DNA of 64,000 nucleotides from a virus (lineage: Duplodnaviria; Caudoviricetes): the IMG/VR virus record IMGVR_UViG_3300020045_002727, positions 10,136 to 74,135 of that record. One strand, given 5' to 3'. A model generated the notes under the pieces. That model was not told the DNA's origin, searched no databases, and saw only the letters and a program-made list of their open reading frames with translations. Shown one piece after another: positions 10,777-17,633 of this stretch (within the stretch, counting starts at the first letter, position 1; every line of letters starts with the position of its first letter). Position numbers and translations under genes: made by a program.

Positions 10777-11683
10777 ACTCAATCTAAAGAACGTGGTGTT
10801 CTTTGATATTGAAACGGTAGCATTATACGATGAACTACCAGAAAACTCACCAACATGGGATGCTTGGCAATACAAGATGGAACGTGAAGGTAAGTCAACC
10901 GAAAACCTAAAAGAATCTTACAAGAAAACAGCAGCATTATACCCAGAGTTCTCGAAGGTAGTTTGCATCTCCCTTGGTAGGATAAAAGGTAACAAGTTAA
11001 ACCTTAAATCATATTATGGTGAAGAGAAAGTATTACTGCAGGATTTTACCGATGATTTGAATTTAGTTACAGATTCAATACCTAAAACAGTTTTATGTGG
11101 TCAGGCTATCATTGGATTTGATGTACCATTCTTGTTTAGACGTTGTTTAGTTAACGGTATTCAACCACATGATTTATTGGATGTATCTGATAAGAAACCA
11201 TGGGAGGTGTTGGATACAATGATTGATACAAATGTCTTATGGAAAGGCACTGGTTTCAATGGTGCTTCGCTTATTGCAATTGCTAACGCATTCGGTTTAC
11301 CATCACCAAAAGATGATATTTCTGGAGCTGATGTTGGTAGAGTGTTTTATTCAGAAGGTGAAGCTGGTTTGAATCGTATAGTAACTTATTGTGAGAAAGA
11401 TGTACTAGCTGTTGCAAATGTTGTTAGGAAGTGTAGATTTGAAGACATTTTAGAACCTGTTCATTCAATTGATGATAGTGAAGAAGCGTTTGAGAAGCAA
11501 CCATTGATTATAAGCCTTTTTAACGGGGGTGCGTTCAATGAAAAACAACAACAGGAGTTAACAGACCTTTATAATAAATGTAGCGATAAAACAGCCGCTA
11601 TGATTGTTCTGGAAGCTATGACATCTACAGCAAAAGGTAAAATAACAAAAGTAACAAAAGCATGGCTAAAGACACTAAAATAA
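10760..11683 (+). CDS. PolB-exo-like 3'-5' exonuclease
   Basis: FFDIETV, IIGFDVPF, YCEKDV. Confidence 0.85.
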   Translation: MKVLNKLNLKNVVFFDIETVALYDELPENSPTWDAWQYKMEREGKSTENLKESYKKTAALYPEFSKVVCISLGRIKGNKLNLKSYYGEEKVLLQDFTDDLNLVTDSIPKTVLCGQAIIGFDVPFLFRRCLVNGIQPHDLLDVSDKKPWEVLDTMIDTNVLWKGTGFNGASLIAIANAFGLPSPKDDISGADVGRVFYSEGEAGLNRIVTYCEKDVLAVANVVRKCRFEDILEPVHSIDDSEEAFEKQPLIISLFNGGAFNEKQQQELTDLYNKCSDKTAAMIVLEAMTSTAKGKITKVTKAWLKTLK

Positions 11684-12312
11684 TCCTACCAAGGAAAGAT
11701 GAGAATGGTGAGTATTACATCTCTTACTCTCAACTTACAACATGGAAGAAAAGTAAAAGGGATTACATCAGGCAGTATTTCTTCGGGGATAAATTTGAAG
11801 GTAACTCTTACACTGATTTCGGGGGAGATATTGGTGAAGCATTAGAGAATAATGATTTCTCTGATTTCACAGCCAAGGAGAGAGCATTCTTAGAAACTAT
11901 CCCACGTTATGACCAATTTGAACGTAAAATCAGATTGGAATTAGATGGATTCTATGTCATGGGATTCATAGATACGAATACAGCTGACTTTAAACACATC
12001 ATGGACTACAAAACTGGTGATATGGGTAAAGAATCAGAGTATGACAATGATAAGTATTACCAATTAGAAATTTATGCAATGGGGCTGGAGCAAGAGACTG
12101 GAATCTTACCAGAGACTGCTAAAGTAACATTGATTGAAAGAACTGGTAATGCTTTCCAAGGTGAGGAATTAAAACTAGGTACTAAATTTATTCAGATTGA
12201 CAGGTCATTAGACCCGTTTAGATTAGAATATGTTAAAGCTGATGTAATTAAAATTGCTCATGAGATTTCAGATTGTTACAAAACATTTTTAACATTGTGT
12301 GGAAATGAGTAG
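11662..12312 (+). CDS. PD-(D/E)XK (RecB-like) nuclease
   Basis: SYSQL, GFID, IMDYKTG, QLEIYA. Confidence 0.85.
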   Translation: MAKDTKIILPRKDENGEYYISYSQLTTWKKSKRDYIRQYFFGDKFEGNSYTDFGGDIGEALENNDFSDFTAKERAFLETIPRYDQFERKIRLELDGFYVMGFIDTNTADFKHIMDYKTGDMGKESEYDNDKYYQLEIYAMGLEQETGILPETAKVTLIERTGNAFQGEELKLGTKFIQIDRSLDPFRLEYVKADVIKIAHEISDCYKTFLTLCGNE

Positions 12313-12484
12313 GTCAAGAAAAGATGAAGAAGTTAAAACACCCTCGGCTAGGCTGAGGAGTGTTTTCTATCTGTTGTGGACTAAGGATAAACAAGGTCAT
12401 GGTGACTTTGAAGATTTTTATGATGACAAGATGGAGATGCTTATTGAGCATTATAAAAATATTTTGAAAAAACTTTCTAAATAA
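12299..12484 (+). CDS. Small hypothetical protein
   Basis: 61 aa; KTPSARLRSVFYLLW; last gene of the replication block. Confidence 0.7.
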   Translation: MEMSRSRKDEEVKTPSARLRSVFYLLWTKDKQGHGDFEDFYDDKMEMLIEHYKNILKKLSK

Positions 12485-12516
12485 TTTGGAGGGTATTAAA
12501 ATTTATTATATCTTTG
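12485..12516 (+). promoter_or_regulatory. Bacteroidota sigma-A promoter (-33 TTTG / -7 TATCTTTG)
   Basis: TTTG 12485-12488 and TATCTTTG 12509-12516; ATG follows at 12521, possibly leaderless. Confidence 0.85.
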
Positions 12517-12520
12517 CCTC

Positions 12521-12622
12521 ATGAAAATAATCAGACTGCATATAATAATAGCACTTCTAACATTAGAAGTATTAGTTCAAGACCCTCATATGGGTCATGA
12601 GGTAGCGTGTTTAATGGTGTAA
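12521..12622 (+). CDS. Putative attenuator leader peptide 1 (MKIIRLHIIIALLTLEVLVQDPHMGHEVACLMV)
   Basis: 33-codon ORF between a promoter and a terminator hairpin, upstream of tRNA array 1. Confidence 0.7.
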   Translation: MKIIRLHIIIALLTLEVLVQDPHMGHEVACLMV

Positions 12623-12645
12623 TAATTTTATGCTAAATATATACT

Positions 12646-12677
12646 AAGCCTCCTCTCGAAAGACTGGAGGCTTTTTT
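12646..12677 (+). terminator. Intrinsic terminator / attenuator upstream of tRNA array 1
   Basis: AAGCCTCC-TCTCGAAAGACT-GGAGGCTT followed by a T run. Confidence 0.85.
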
Positions 12678-12723
12678 ATTCGGTTTTTAATAGGTTGACC
12701 GAGATAAAAATAACTTATTATTT

Positions 12724-12811
12724 CTAGGTGTGAAGGCAATTGGAAGCCGACTCGTTTTGGAAACGAGAAGTAGTTAATAGCTCAATGCAGGTTCGAGTCC
12801 TGTCACTTAGA
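12724..12811 (+). tRNA. tRNA-Pro(UGG), unusually long variable region
   Basis: CTAGGTG/CACTTAG acceptor, CTCGT-TTTGGAA-ACGAG, GCAGG-TTCGAGT-CCTGT; C1:G72 and A73. Confidence 0.85.
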
Positions 12812-12820
12812 CAATATTTT

Positions 12821-12892
12821 GCTCCCATCGTCTAGCGGTTAGGACATCAGGTTTTCGACCTGAGAACGAGGTTTCGACTACCTCTGGGAGTA
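12821..12892 (+). tRNA. tRNA-Glu(UUC)
   Basis: Cloverleaf; TCAGG-TTTTCGA-CCTGA. Confidence 0.92.
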
Positions 12893-12937
12893 CATAGAGA
12901 TACTTAGCCTTTAACTCTTTAAAAAGCAAGGTACTTT

Positions 12938-13009
12938 TGCACCATCGTATAACGGCTAGTACAATTGCCTTTGAAGCAATTAGCATAGGTTCGATTCCTT
13001 TTGGTGCAA
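12938..13009 (+). tRNA. tRNA-Gln(UUG)
   Basis: TGCACCA/TGGTGCA; ATTGC-CTTTGAA-GCAAT. Confidence 0.92.
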
Positions 13010-13016
13010 CAAACAT

Positions 13017-13091
13017 GGTGATTGTAGCTGAATTGGTTAAAGCCTCTGATTGTGATTCAGAAGATTAAGGGTTCGAGTCCCTTCTTTCACA
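13017..13091 (+). tRNA. tRNA-His(GUG)
   Basis: TCTGA-TTGTGAT-TCAGA; extra 5' G; two U.U mismatches in the acceptor stem. Confidence 0.85.
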
Positions 13092-13096
13092 CTAAA

Positions 13097-13178
13097 GCTG
13101 ATGTGAGTTAAAAGCGAATGGCAGAGCATCTCCCCTTAGAAGGGAGGACTTTTGAGGGTTCAAATCCCTCCAACAGCA
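13097..13178 (+). tRNA. tRNA-Leu(UAG), atypical (short variable loop, long D loop)
   Basis: CTCCC-CTTAGAA-GGGAG; GAGGG-TTCAAAT-CCCTC; GCTGATG/CAACAGC. Confidence 0.75.
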
Positions 13179-13183
13179 CTACT

Positions 13184-13255
13184 TTCTGATTAGTTCAATG
13201 GATAGAACAGGTGATTACGAATCATCAAATACAAGTTCGAGTCTTGTATCGGGAA
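13184..13255 (+). tRNA. tRNA-Arg(ACG)
   Basis: GGTGA-TTACGAA-TCATC; TTCTGAT/ATCGGGA. Confidence 0.9.
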
Positions 13256-13260
13256 CAATA

Positions 13261-13339
13261 GGGGTCATGGTGAAACGGTAAACACGCAGGTCTTAAAAAT
13301 CTGTGCTTCGGCTTGTGGGTTCAACTCCCACTTTCCCCA
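13261..13339 (+). tRNA. tRNA-Leu(UAA)
   Basis: CAGGT-CTTAAAA-ATCTG; type II variable arm. Confidence 0.9.
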
Positions 13340-13364
13340 CAAAAGTTAAAATATTCACAAAATA

Positions 13365-13396
13365 TTTGCACATGTAAATTATTTGTAATATCTTTG
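13365..13396 (+). promoter_or_regulatory. Bacteroidota-type promoter inside tRNA array 1
   Basis: TTTG 13365-13368; TATCTTTG 13389-13396. Confidence 0.75.
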
Positions 13397-13444
13397 CTTC
13401 ATAATAAAACGAATAGTTCAGTTGATAGGGAACAATTTAAAATT

Positions 13445-13517
13445 TGGTATATAGCTCAATTGGTAGAGCATCTCCCTGATACGGAGAAGGGTATAGGTTC
13501 GAGTCCTATTGTACCAA
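13445..13517 (+). tRNA. tRNA-Ile(GAU)
   Basis: TCTCC-CTGATAC-GGAGA; TGGTATA/TGTACCA. Confidence 0.9.
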
Positions 13518-13532
13518 CAATATTAAATAAAG

Positions 13533-14033
13533 ATGATTAGAAATTCAAAACAAGTAGAGTTAACAAAATTAGCTTATAATAAAGGATATAGAGTTTTAGA
13601 AAATGGAGATGTGATAGGACTTAGAGGTAAGAAATTAAATCTTTTTGAAAACAGTAAAGGATATTATTGTTTCACTATAAGAAGAAAAGATAAATGCCCT
13701 ACTTATACATTTGTTCATAAATTAAAAGCCTATCAATTATTTGGAGATGAATGTTTTAATGAAGGAATTGTAATTAGACATTTTAATGGTAACAATAAAG
13801 ATAACTCAGATATTAATATTAAAATTGGAACTCAATTTGATAACATGATGGATATGACACCATTACAGAGAAAGTTAAATGCGAGTAGTCCTATTCATAA
13901 TCATTCTGAAATATTGAAAGATAGAGAATCTGGAATGACATATAGAGAAATACAAGAAAAATACAATATTTCATCTAAAGGAACAATTAGTTTTATTGTA
14001 AACAAATCAATGAAGAAAGAAAAACTAAAATAA
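13533..14033 (+). CDS. HNH homing endonuclease inside tRNA array
   Basis: FVHKL...VIRHFNGNNKDN...GTQFDNMMD; C-terminal HTH-like segment. Confidence 0.85.
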   Translation: MIRNSKQVELTKLAYNKGYRVLENGDVIGLRGKKLNLFENSKGYYCFTIRRKDKCPTYTFVHKLKAYQLFGDECFNEGIVIRHFNGNNKDNSDINIKIGTQFDNMMDMTPLQRKLNASSPIHNHSEILKDRESGMTYREIQEKYNISSKGTISFIVNKSMKKEKLK

Positions 14034-14068
14034 ATGTTAAAATAGTTGCAAGGTAATATTTTTTGATA

Positions 14069-14076
14069 TATCTTTG
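14069..14076 (+). promoter_or_regulatory. Bacteroidota -7 promoter element
   Basis: TATCTTTG 11 nt upstream of the tRNA at 14088. Confidence 0.7.
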
Positions 14077-14087
14077 TACCATAATAT

Positions 14088-14171
14088 AGCGAGGTAGTCA
14101 GTAGATGGTAGCTTGTGAGGCTCATAACCTCATGTCGAAAGACCCCGTGGGTTCGAGTCCCACTCTCGCAA
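14088..14171 (+). tRNA. tRNA with CAU anticodon (initiator-like, A1.A72 mismatch) and extra variable arm
   Basis: TGAGG-CTCATAA-CCTCA; GTC-GAAA-GAC arm; GTGGG-TTCGAGT-CCCAC. Confidence 0.8.
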
Positions 14172-14236
14172 CAAGATTTGTCATCGTTTTTTAAAATTAA
14201 GGATTAATAAGTGACGGCTCGGAAAGACGAGCAATT

Positions 14237-14308
14237 GGTCTATTGGAGTAGTGGTAACTGTACTAGCTTGTCACGCTAGGGTCGGGGGTTCGATTCCCCC
14301 ATAGACCG
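14237..14308 (+). tRNA. tRNA-Asp(GUC)
   Basis: CTAGC-TTGTCAC-GCTAG; GGTCTAT/ATAGACC. Confidence 0.92.
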
Positions 14309-14347
14309 CAAAAGTTTTATAAGATTTTCCTTTGATAAAATCTAAAC

Positions 14348-14421
14348 GCCTTAATAGCTCAGTCGGTTAGAGCATCTCATTTGTAACGAGAAGGTCGTAG
14401 GTTCAAACCCTACTTTTGGCT
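14348..14421 (+). tRNA. tRNA-Thr(UGU)
   Basis: Loop TTTGTAA; canonical D and T arms; two U.U mismatches in the acceptor stem. Confidence 0.88.
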
Positions 14422-14508
14422 CTATTTTAGAAAACATTAATCCTATGGTCGGATGTGAGAACCATATAGCCGTATTTAAAAAACTCACAATGTTTTCTAA
14501 AAGAGTAA

Positions 14509-14619
14509 GCTCGATTAGTGTAATGGTAACACGCAGCAAATCCCAGCTGAAAGAGAGTCATAGAGTAGAAATAATCACTTTATGATGAAACATAACAGGT
14601 TCGATTCCTGTATCAAGCT
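14509..14619 (+). ncRNA. 111-nt tRNA-like RNA (Gly-like acceptor) with large internal insertion
   Basis: GCTCGAT/ATCAAGC acceptor, GTGT-AATGGTA-ACAC D arm, ACAGG-TTCGATT-CCTGT T arm; aberrant anticodon arm plus an extra 8-bp hairpin. Confidence 0.65.
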
Positions 14620-14667
14620 CAAATCGATTGGTTGTGATGACGAGGAGGTCGATGCCTCAATTACAAT

Positions 14668-14739
14668 CGTGTGTTCGTCTAGTGGTCAAGGACGGTGACA
14701 AGTGCGTTGCAAACATGGGTTCAAATCCCATACACACAT
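14668..14739 (+). pseudogene. Degenerate tRNA / tRNA-like RNA with 6-nt anticodon loop
   Basis: GTGTGT/ACACAC acceptor, GTCTAGTGGTCAAGGAC D arm, ATGGG-TTCAAAT-CCCAT; loop AAGTGC. Confidence 0.65.
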
Positions 14740-14850
14740 CAAATAGTCTATTAATAAAAGTTATATCAATGACACATAACAACGTGATTAACTTAGGATA
14801 TGAGAATGTAAGTTCTCCACATAGTAAACCGATAAAATTAATAGACATAT

Positions 14851-14923
14851 ATCCTTATAGCTTAAATGGAAAAGCCTCTGATTTCTAATCAGACGAGTAC
14901 AGGTTCAAATCCTGTTAGGGATA
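14851..14923 (+). tRNA. tRNA-Arg(UCU)
   Basis: TCTGA-TTTCTAA-TCAGA; ATCCTTA/TAGGGAT. Confidence 0.92.
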
Positions 14924-14927
14924 CAAA

Positions 14928-15026
14928 GGGAGATGATAGCGATTTTGGGAAAGGTGAGTTGACTCCTCATCCGTATTCAGGTTGCCACCATGCAACTGGT
15001 GCTGAGTATGTAGCTACATATCTCCC
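14928..15026 (+). ncRNA. Unassigned ~99-nt structured RNA between two tRNAs
   Basis: Nested stems GGGAGAT/ATCTCCC, TAGC/GCTA, GTATTCAG/CTGAGTAT, GTTGC/GCAAC. Confidence 0.6.
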
Positions 15027-15033
15027 CTATTAG

Positions 15034-15107
15034 TGCCATTTAGCTCAGTTGGTTAGAGCAGTCCCCTCATAAGGGAAAGGTCACAGGTTCGAGTCCTGTA
15101 GTGGCAA
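15034..15107 (+). tRNA. tRNA with CAU anticodon (elongator Met or lysidine Ile2)
   Basis: TCCC-CTCATAA-GGGA; TGCCATT/AGTGGCA. Confidence 0.88.
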
Positions 15108-15167
15108 CAAAAAGTCAGGGTAACACCTGATTTAATTTTAAGTATTAATGTAAAAAAATTTACAGTT

Positions 15168-15314
15168 ATGTATAGTAAGATAATTAAAGGTAAGAAAGTT
15201 AAAACTATAAAGTATTCTAAACCATACAGTAGTAGTCAACTATCAGCAATGATGGAATTAACTGATATATTTGAACGTAAAATAAAAAAGCTCAGAAATG
15301 AAAAGCAACCTTAA
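15168..15314 (+). CDS. Small basic hypothetical protein (48 aa)
   Basis: ATG 15168 to TAA 15314, overlapping the next gene. Confidence 0.55.
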   Translation: MYSKIIKGKKVKTIKYSKPYSSSQLSAMMELTDIFERKIKKLRNEKQP

Positions 15315-15522
15315 AAACTTCGTAATCGACATTGGGGATACACTAGGTGGAATCCTCCTAGGTTTATCATTGGATGCTCACAGCACCATGATGATGGTCT
15401 TCGGTTCTTTATTAATAATATTCTCCGTTTATTTCAAATACTTAAACAATAAAAAAGAACCTGTAGAAGGTGAGAAGTTCACCATGGGTGAAATTATTGA
15501 ACATTTAAAGGACATTCGATGA
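15298..15522 (+). CDS. Small membrane protein
   Basis: Two hydrophobic segments. Confidence 0.65.
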   Translation: MKSNLKNFVIDIGDTLGGILLGLSLDAHSTMMMVFGSLLIIFSVYFKYLNNKKEPVEGEKFTMGEIIEHLKDIR

Positions 15523-15875
15523 ATTATAAGGAAACAATTTTAATTCCTACATCAGTGTTGTTGTCTAAATTATGCTCTGAGATAGATTCGTATTTTTATT
15601 CATTCGGTCAAGATTTACCATCTAAGAATAAGATTCAGAAGTGGTTGAGGGATGAATGGGATGTGGACATGAGTGTTCATTTAAACGGTATGTGTGGGAT
15701 TAACATAGATAGTGGTGAAGTGACTAAGAATTACGGTGGTCATTATATTTACAAAGGTGATGTGTACATGCTTGGTTTAACACCGTTTATAACATCTCAC
15801 GAGGAAGCGCAGGAAACGATTATAAGATTAATATTAACTAAATTATTGAAAGAATATGATAACAACGATTTATAA
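15519..15875 (+). CDS. Hypothetical protein
   Basis: 118 aa, ATGA-coupled to the upstream gene. Confidence 0.7.
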   Translation: MNYKETILIPTSVLLSKLCSEIDSYFYSFGQDLPSKNKIQKWLRDEWDVDMSVHLNGMCGINIDSGEVTKNYGGHYIYKGDVYMLGLTPFITSHEEAQETIIRLILTKLLKEYDNNDL

Positions 15876-16938
15876 AAAAGATTCCAATGGTAAAGTTCGA
15901 TACATCACCATTGGTAATTTCGGAGCAGTAATAACTCAACAATCTGGTATTGTAGGTTCTGACAAATTTGTAGAACACTCTAAAACAGCTACTGGAAAGA
16001 ACGTTAGAAGAGCAAATGAAACTTCACCAGAATATCAAGCTGAACTTGAAGTTACAGCATGGGTTAAGGATAAATTAACCAAAGGTTATTTTAGGACAAT
16101 AGAGGAAACAAAATCAGCCGAGGTAGTACTACCTATGTTAGCAAAAGATTTCTTCAAGGAACGTCACAAAATTGACTGGAATAAAGATGTGATAGTGGTT
16201 CAACCAAAGTTGGATGGGATGAGATGTTTAGCATTCGTTTCAGCCGATGGTAAAGTAGAGCTTGTATCACGAGCTGGGAAGAAGATTGAGAACATGATGC
16301 ATATTGAGAAAGAGCTGTCAACACTGGGTGTGGATGTGATTCTTGATGGTGAATTATATGTTCATGGTGAAGGATTCCAGACTAATATGTCATACGTTAA
16401 AAAATATGTTGAAGGGAAGTCGGAGAGGATTATTTTTAATGTTTATGATATGGTTAGTGATAGACCTTATTTATCTAGGATTGATAAAGTTAAAACTATC
16501 ATCGACCATTTGAAAAAAGTAAGACCTTTATTTTACAGCACTGTTGGAACAGAGGATGAACTCAAACAACATTTTACAATTTACATAAAAGAAGGATACG
16601 AAGGCGCAATGGTCAAAATATCTAAATCTGGCTACAAGTCCAACGCCCGTAGTTCCGAACTATTAAAGTACAAAAAGTTCATCGACATCCAACTACCAAT
16701 CAAAGACATCATTCCAGCAGACCAAAGACCTACATGGGGAATCCCAGTGTACTATTGGGAAGGAGCTGATGATGACACTTTGAAATCTGGTACAAAAATG
16801 AGTCACGAAGAACGTGAGGACTTGTTGACCAACAAAGATAAATACATCGGACAGATGGCAGAGGTTAGATTTTTTGAATATTCAGATGCTGGAGTACCGA
16901 GGTTTCCAGTGACTGTAGGTATTAGACTTGATAAATAG
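15856..16938 (+). CDS. lig: ATP-dependent DNA ligase
   Basis: VQPKLDGMRC (KxDG), LDGELY, FNVYD, GYEGAMVK, LLKYKK; OB-fold with PRFP. Confidence 0.93.
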   Translation: MITTIYKKDSNGKVRYITIGNFGAVITQQSGIVGSDKFVEHSKTATGKNVRRANETSPEYQAELEVTAWVKDKLTKGYFRTIEETKSAEVVLPMLAKDFFKERHKIDWNKDVIVVQPKLDGMRCLAFVSADGKVELVSRAGKKIENMMHIEKELSTLGVDVILDGELYVHGEGFQTNMSYVKKYVEGKSERIIFNVYDMVSDRPYLSRIDKVKTIIDHLKKVRPLFYSTVGTEDELKQHFTIYIKEGYEGAMVKISKSGYKSNARSSELLKYKKFIDIQLPIKDIIPADQRPTWGIPVYYWEGADDDTLKSGTKMSHEEREDLLTNKDKYIGQMAEVRFFEYSDAGVPRFPVTVGIRLDK

Positions 16939-16943
16939 GAATT

Positions 16944-17249
16944 ATGGGACATTATAGAGAACCTGTAAAAAATACTTGTCCAGATGTAGACAAAGGTTTG
17001 AGAATTATTGAAACCATCACTAAAGAGGTTAATGATAGAAAGAAAGACCCAAGTATAACTGAATATGAGAGCGATGCTTTATACATCATTGAAAGCTACC
17101 TTTCAGATTTACCTGATATTTTAGAAGGTCTTAGAGAATCTAATTCAAAACTAAGAGATTGGGGAGCAGAAGAAGCAGAAAATTTTGATGCAGCTGAACA
17201 AGAAATAGAAAGATTAAACAATGAACTAGAAACATGGAAAATAAAATAG
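16944..17249 (+). CDS. Hypothetical coiled-coil protein
   Basis: 101 aa ORF in operon. Confidence 0.7.
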   Translation: MGHYREPVKNTCPDVDKGLRIIETITKEVNDRKKDPSITEYESDALYIIESYLSDLPDILEGLRESNSKLRDWGAEEAENFDAAEQEIERLNNELETWKIK

Positions 17250-17470
17250 AAAAGCACGAGTATCTTCGAGAAGAAGACTACTACGAATCAAGAAGCATTC
17301 AAAAAGGTAGAACTGATAAGTATTGTGAAGGATGTCATAAGACGATTCCGAAAGGAATGCCTCACTTGATGCATCATTTTTACCCAGAATTTGATGCTTA
17401 TGCAACACATGTTGAGTGTGAACAGATTTTTAAAGATTCATTAATTACAGAAGATGATGAACAGACCTGA
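17234..17470 (+). CDS. Small Cys/His (Zn-finger-like) protein
   Basis: CEGC...HVEC. Confidence 0.65.
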   Translation: MENKIEKHEYLREEDYYESRSIQKGRTDKYCEGCHKTIPKGMPHLMHHFYPEFDAYATHVECEQIFKDSLITEDDEQT

Positions 17471-17633
17471 ATATAATAATGTTACAGGTAATCTTGTAAC
17501 ATTAATCCAAACAGAAGAAGATAAAAAGTACAGTCTTGAACATAATGTAACTAAATTCTCATCAATTATTTATAATGGTAAGACAATTACTGATTGTGAT
17601 GAAATTAATAAAATATTAGGAGATGAACCATAA
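17457..17633 (+). CDS. Small hypothetical protein (58 aa)
   Basis: ATG 17457 to TAA 17633 bridges the flanking genes. Confidence 0.55.
   Translation: MNRPEYNNVTGNLVTLIQTEEDKKYSLEHNVTKFSSIIYNGKTITDCDEINKILGDEP

Noticed and set aside
11662-12312. Cas4 / CRISPR association
   Set aside because: The nuclease lacks the four-Cys Fe-S cluster pattern, and no repeat-spacer array is visible in the window.
14625-14667. GAGG-TCGATG-CCTC hairpin as another tRNA remnant
   Set aside because: Only a T-arm-like hairpin with weak flanking pairing; too little to call.
12807-14888. ORF-track calls overlapping tRNA array 1 (12807-13016, 13313-13540, 13901-14125, 14351-14539, 14628-14888, 14657-14848)
   Set aside because: They overlap well-formed tRNA genes or the HNH gene and show no protein motifs; treated as spurious.
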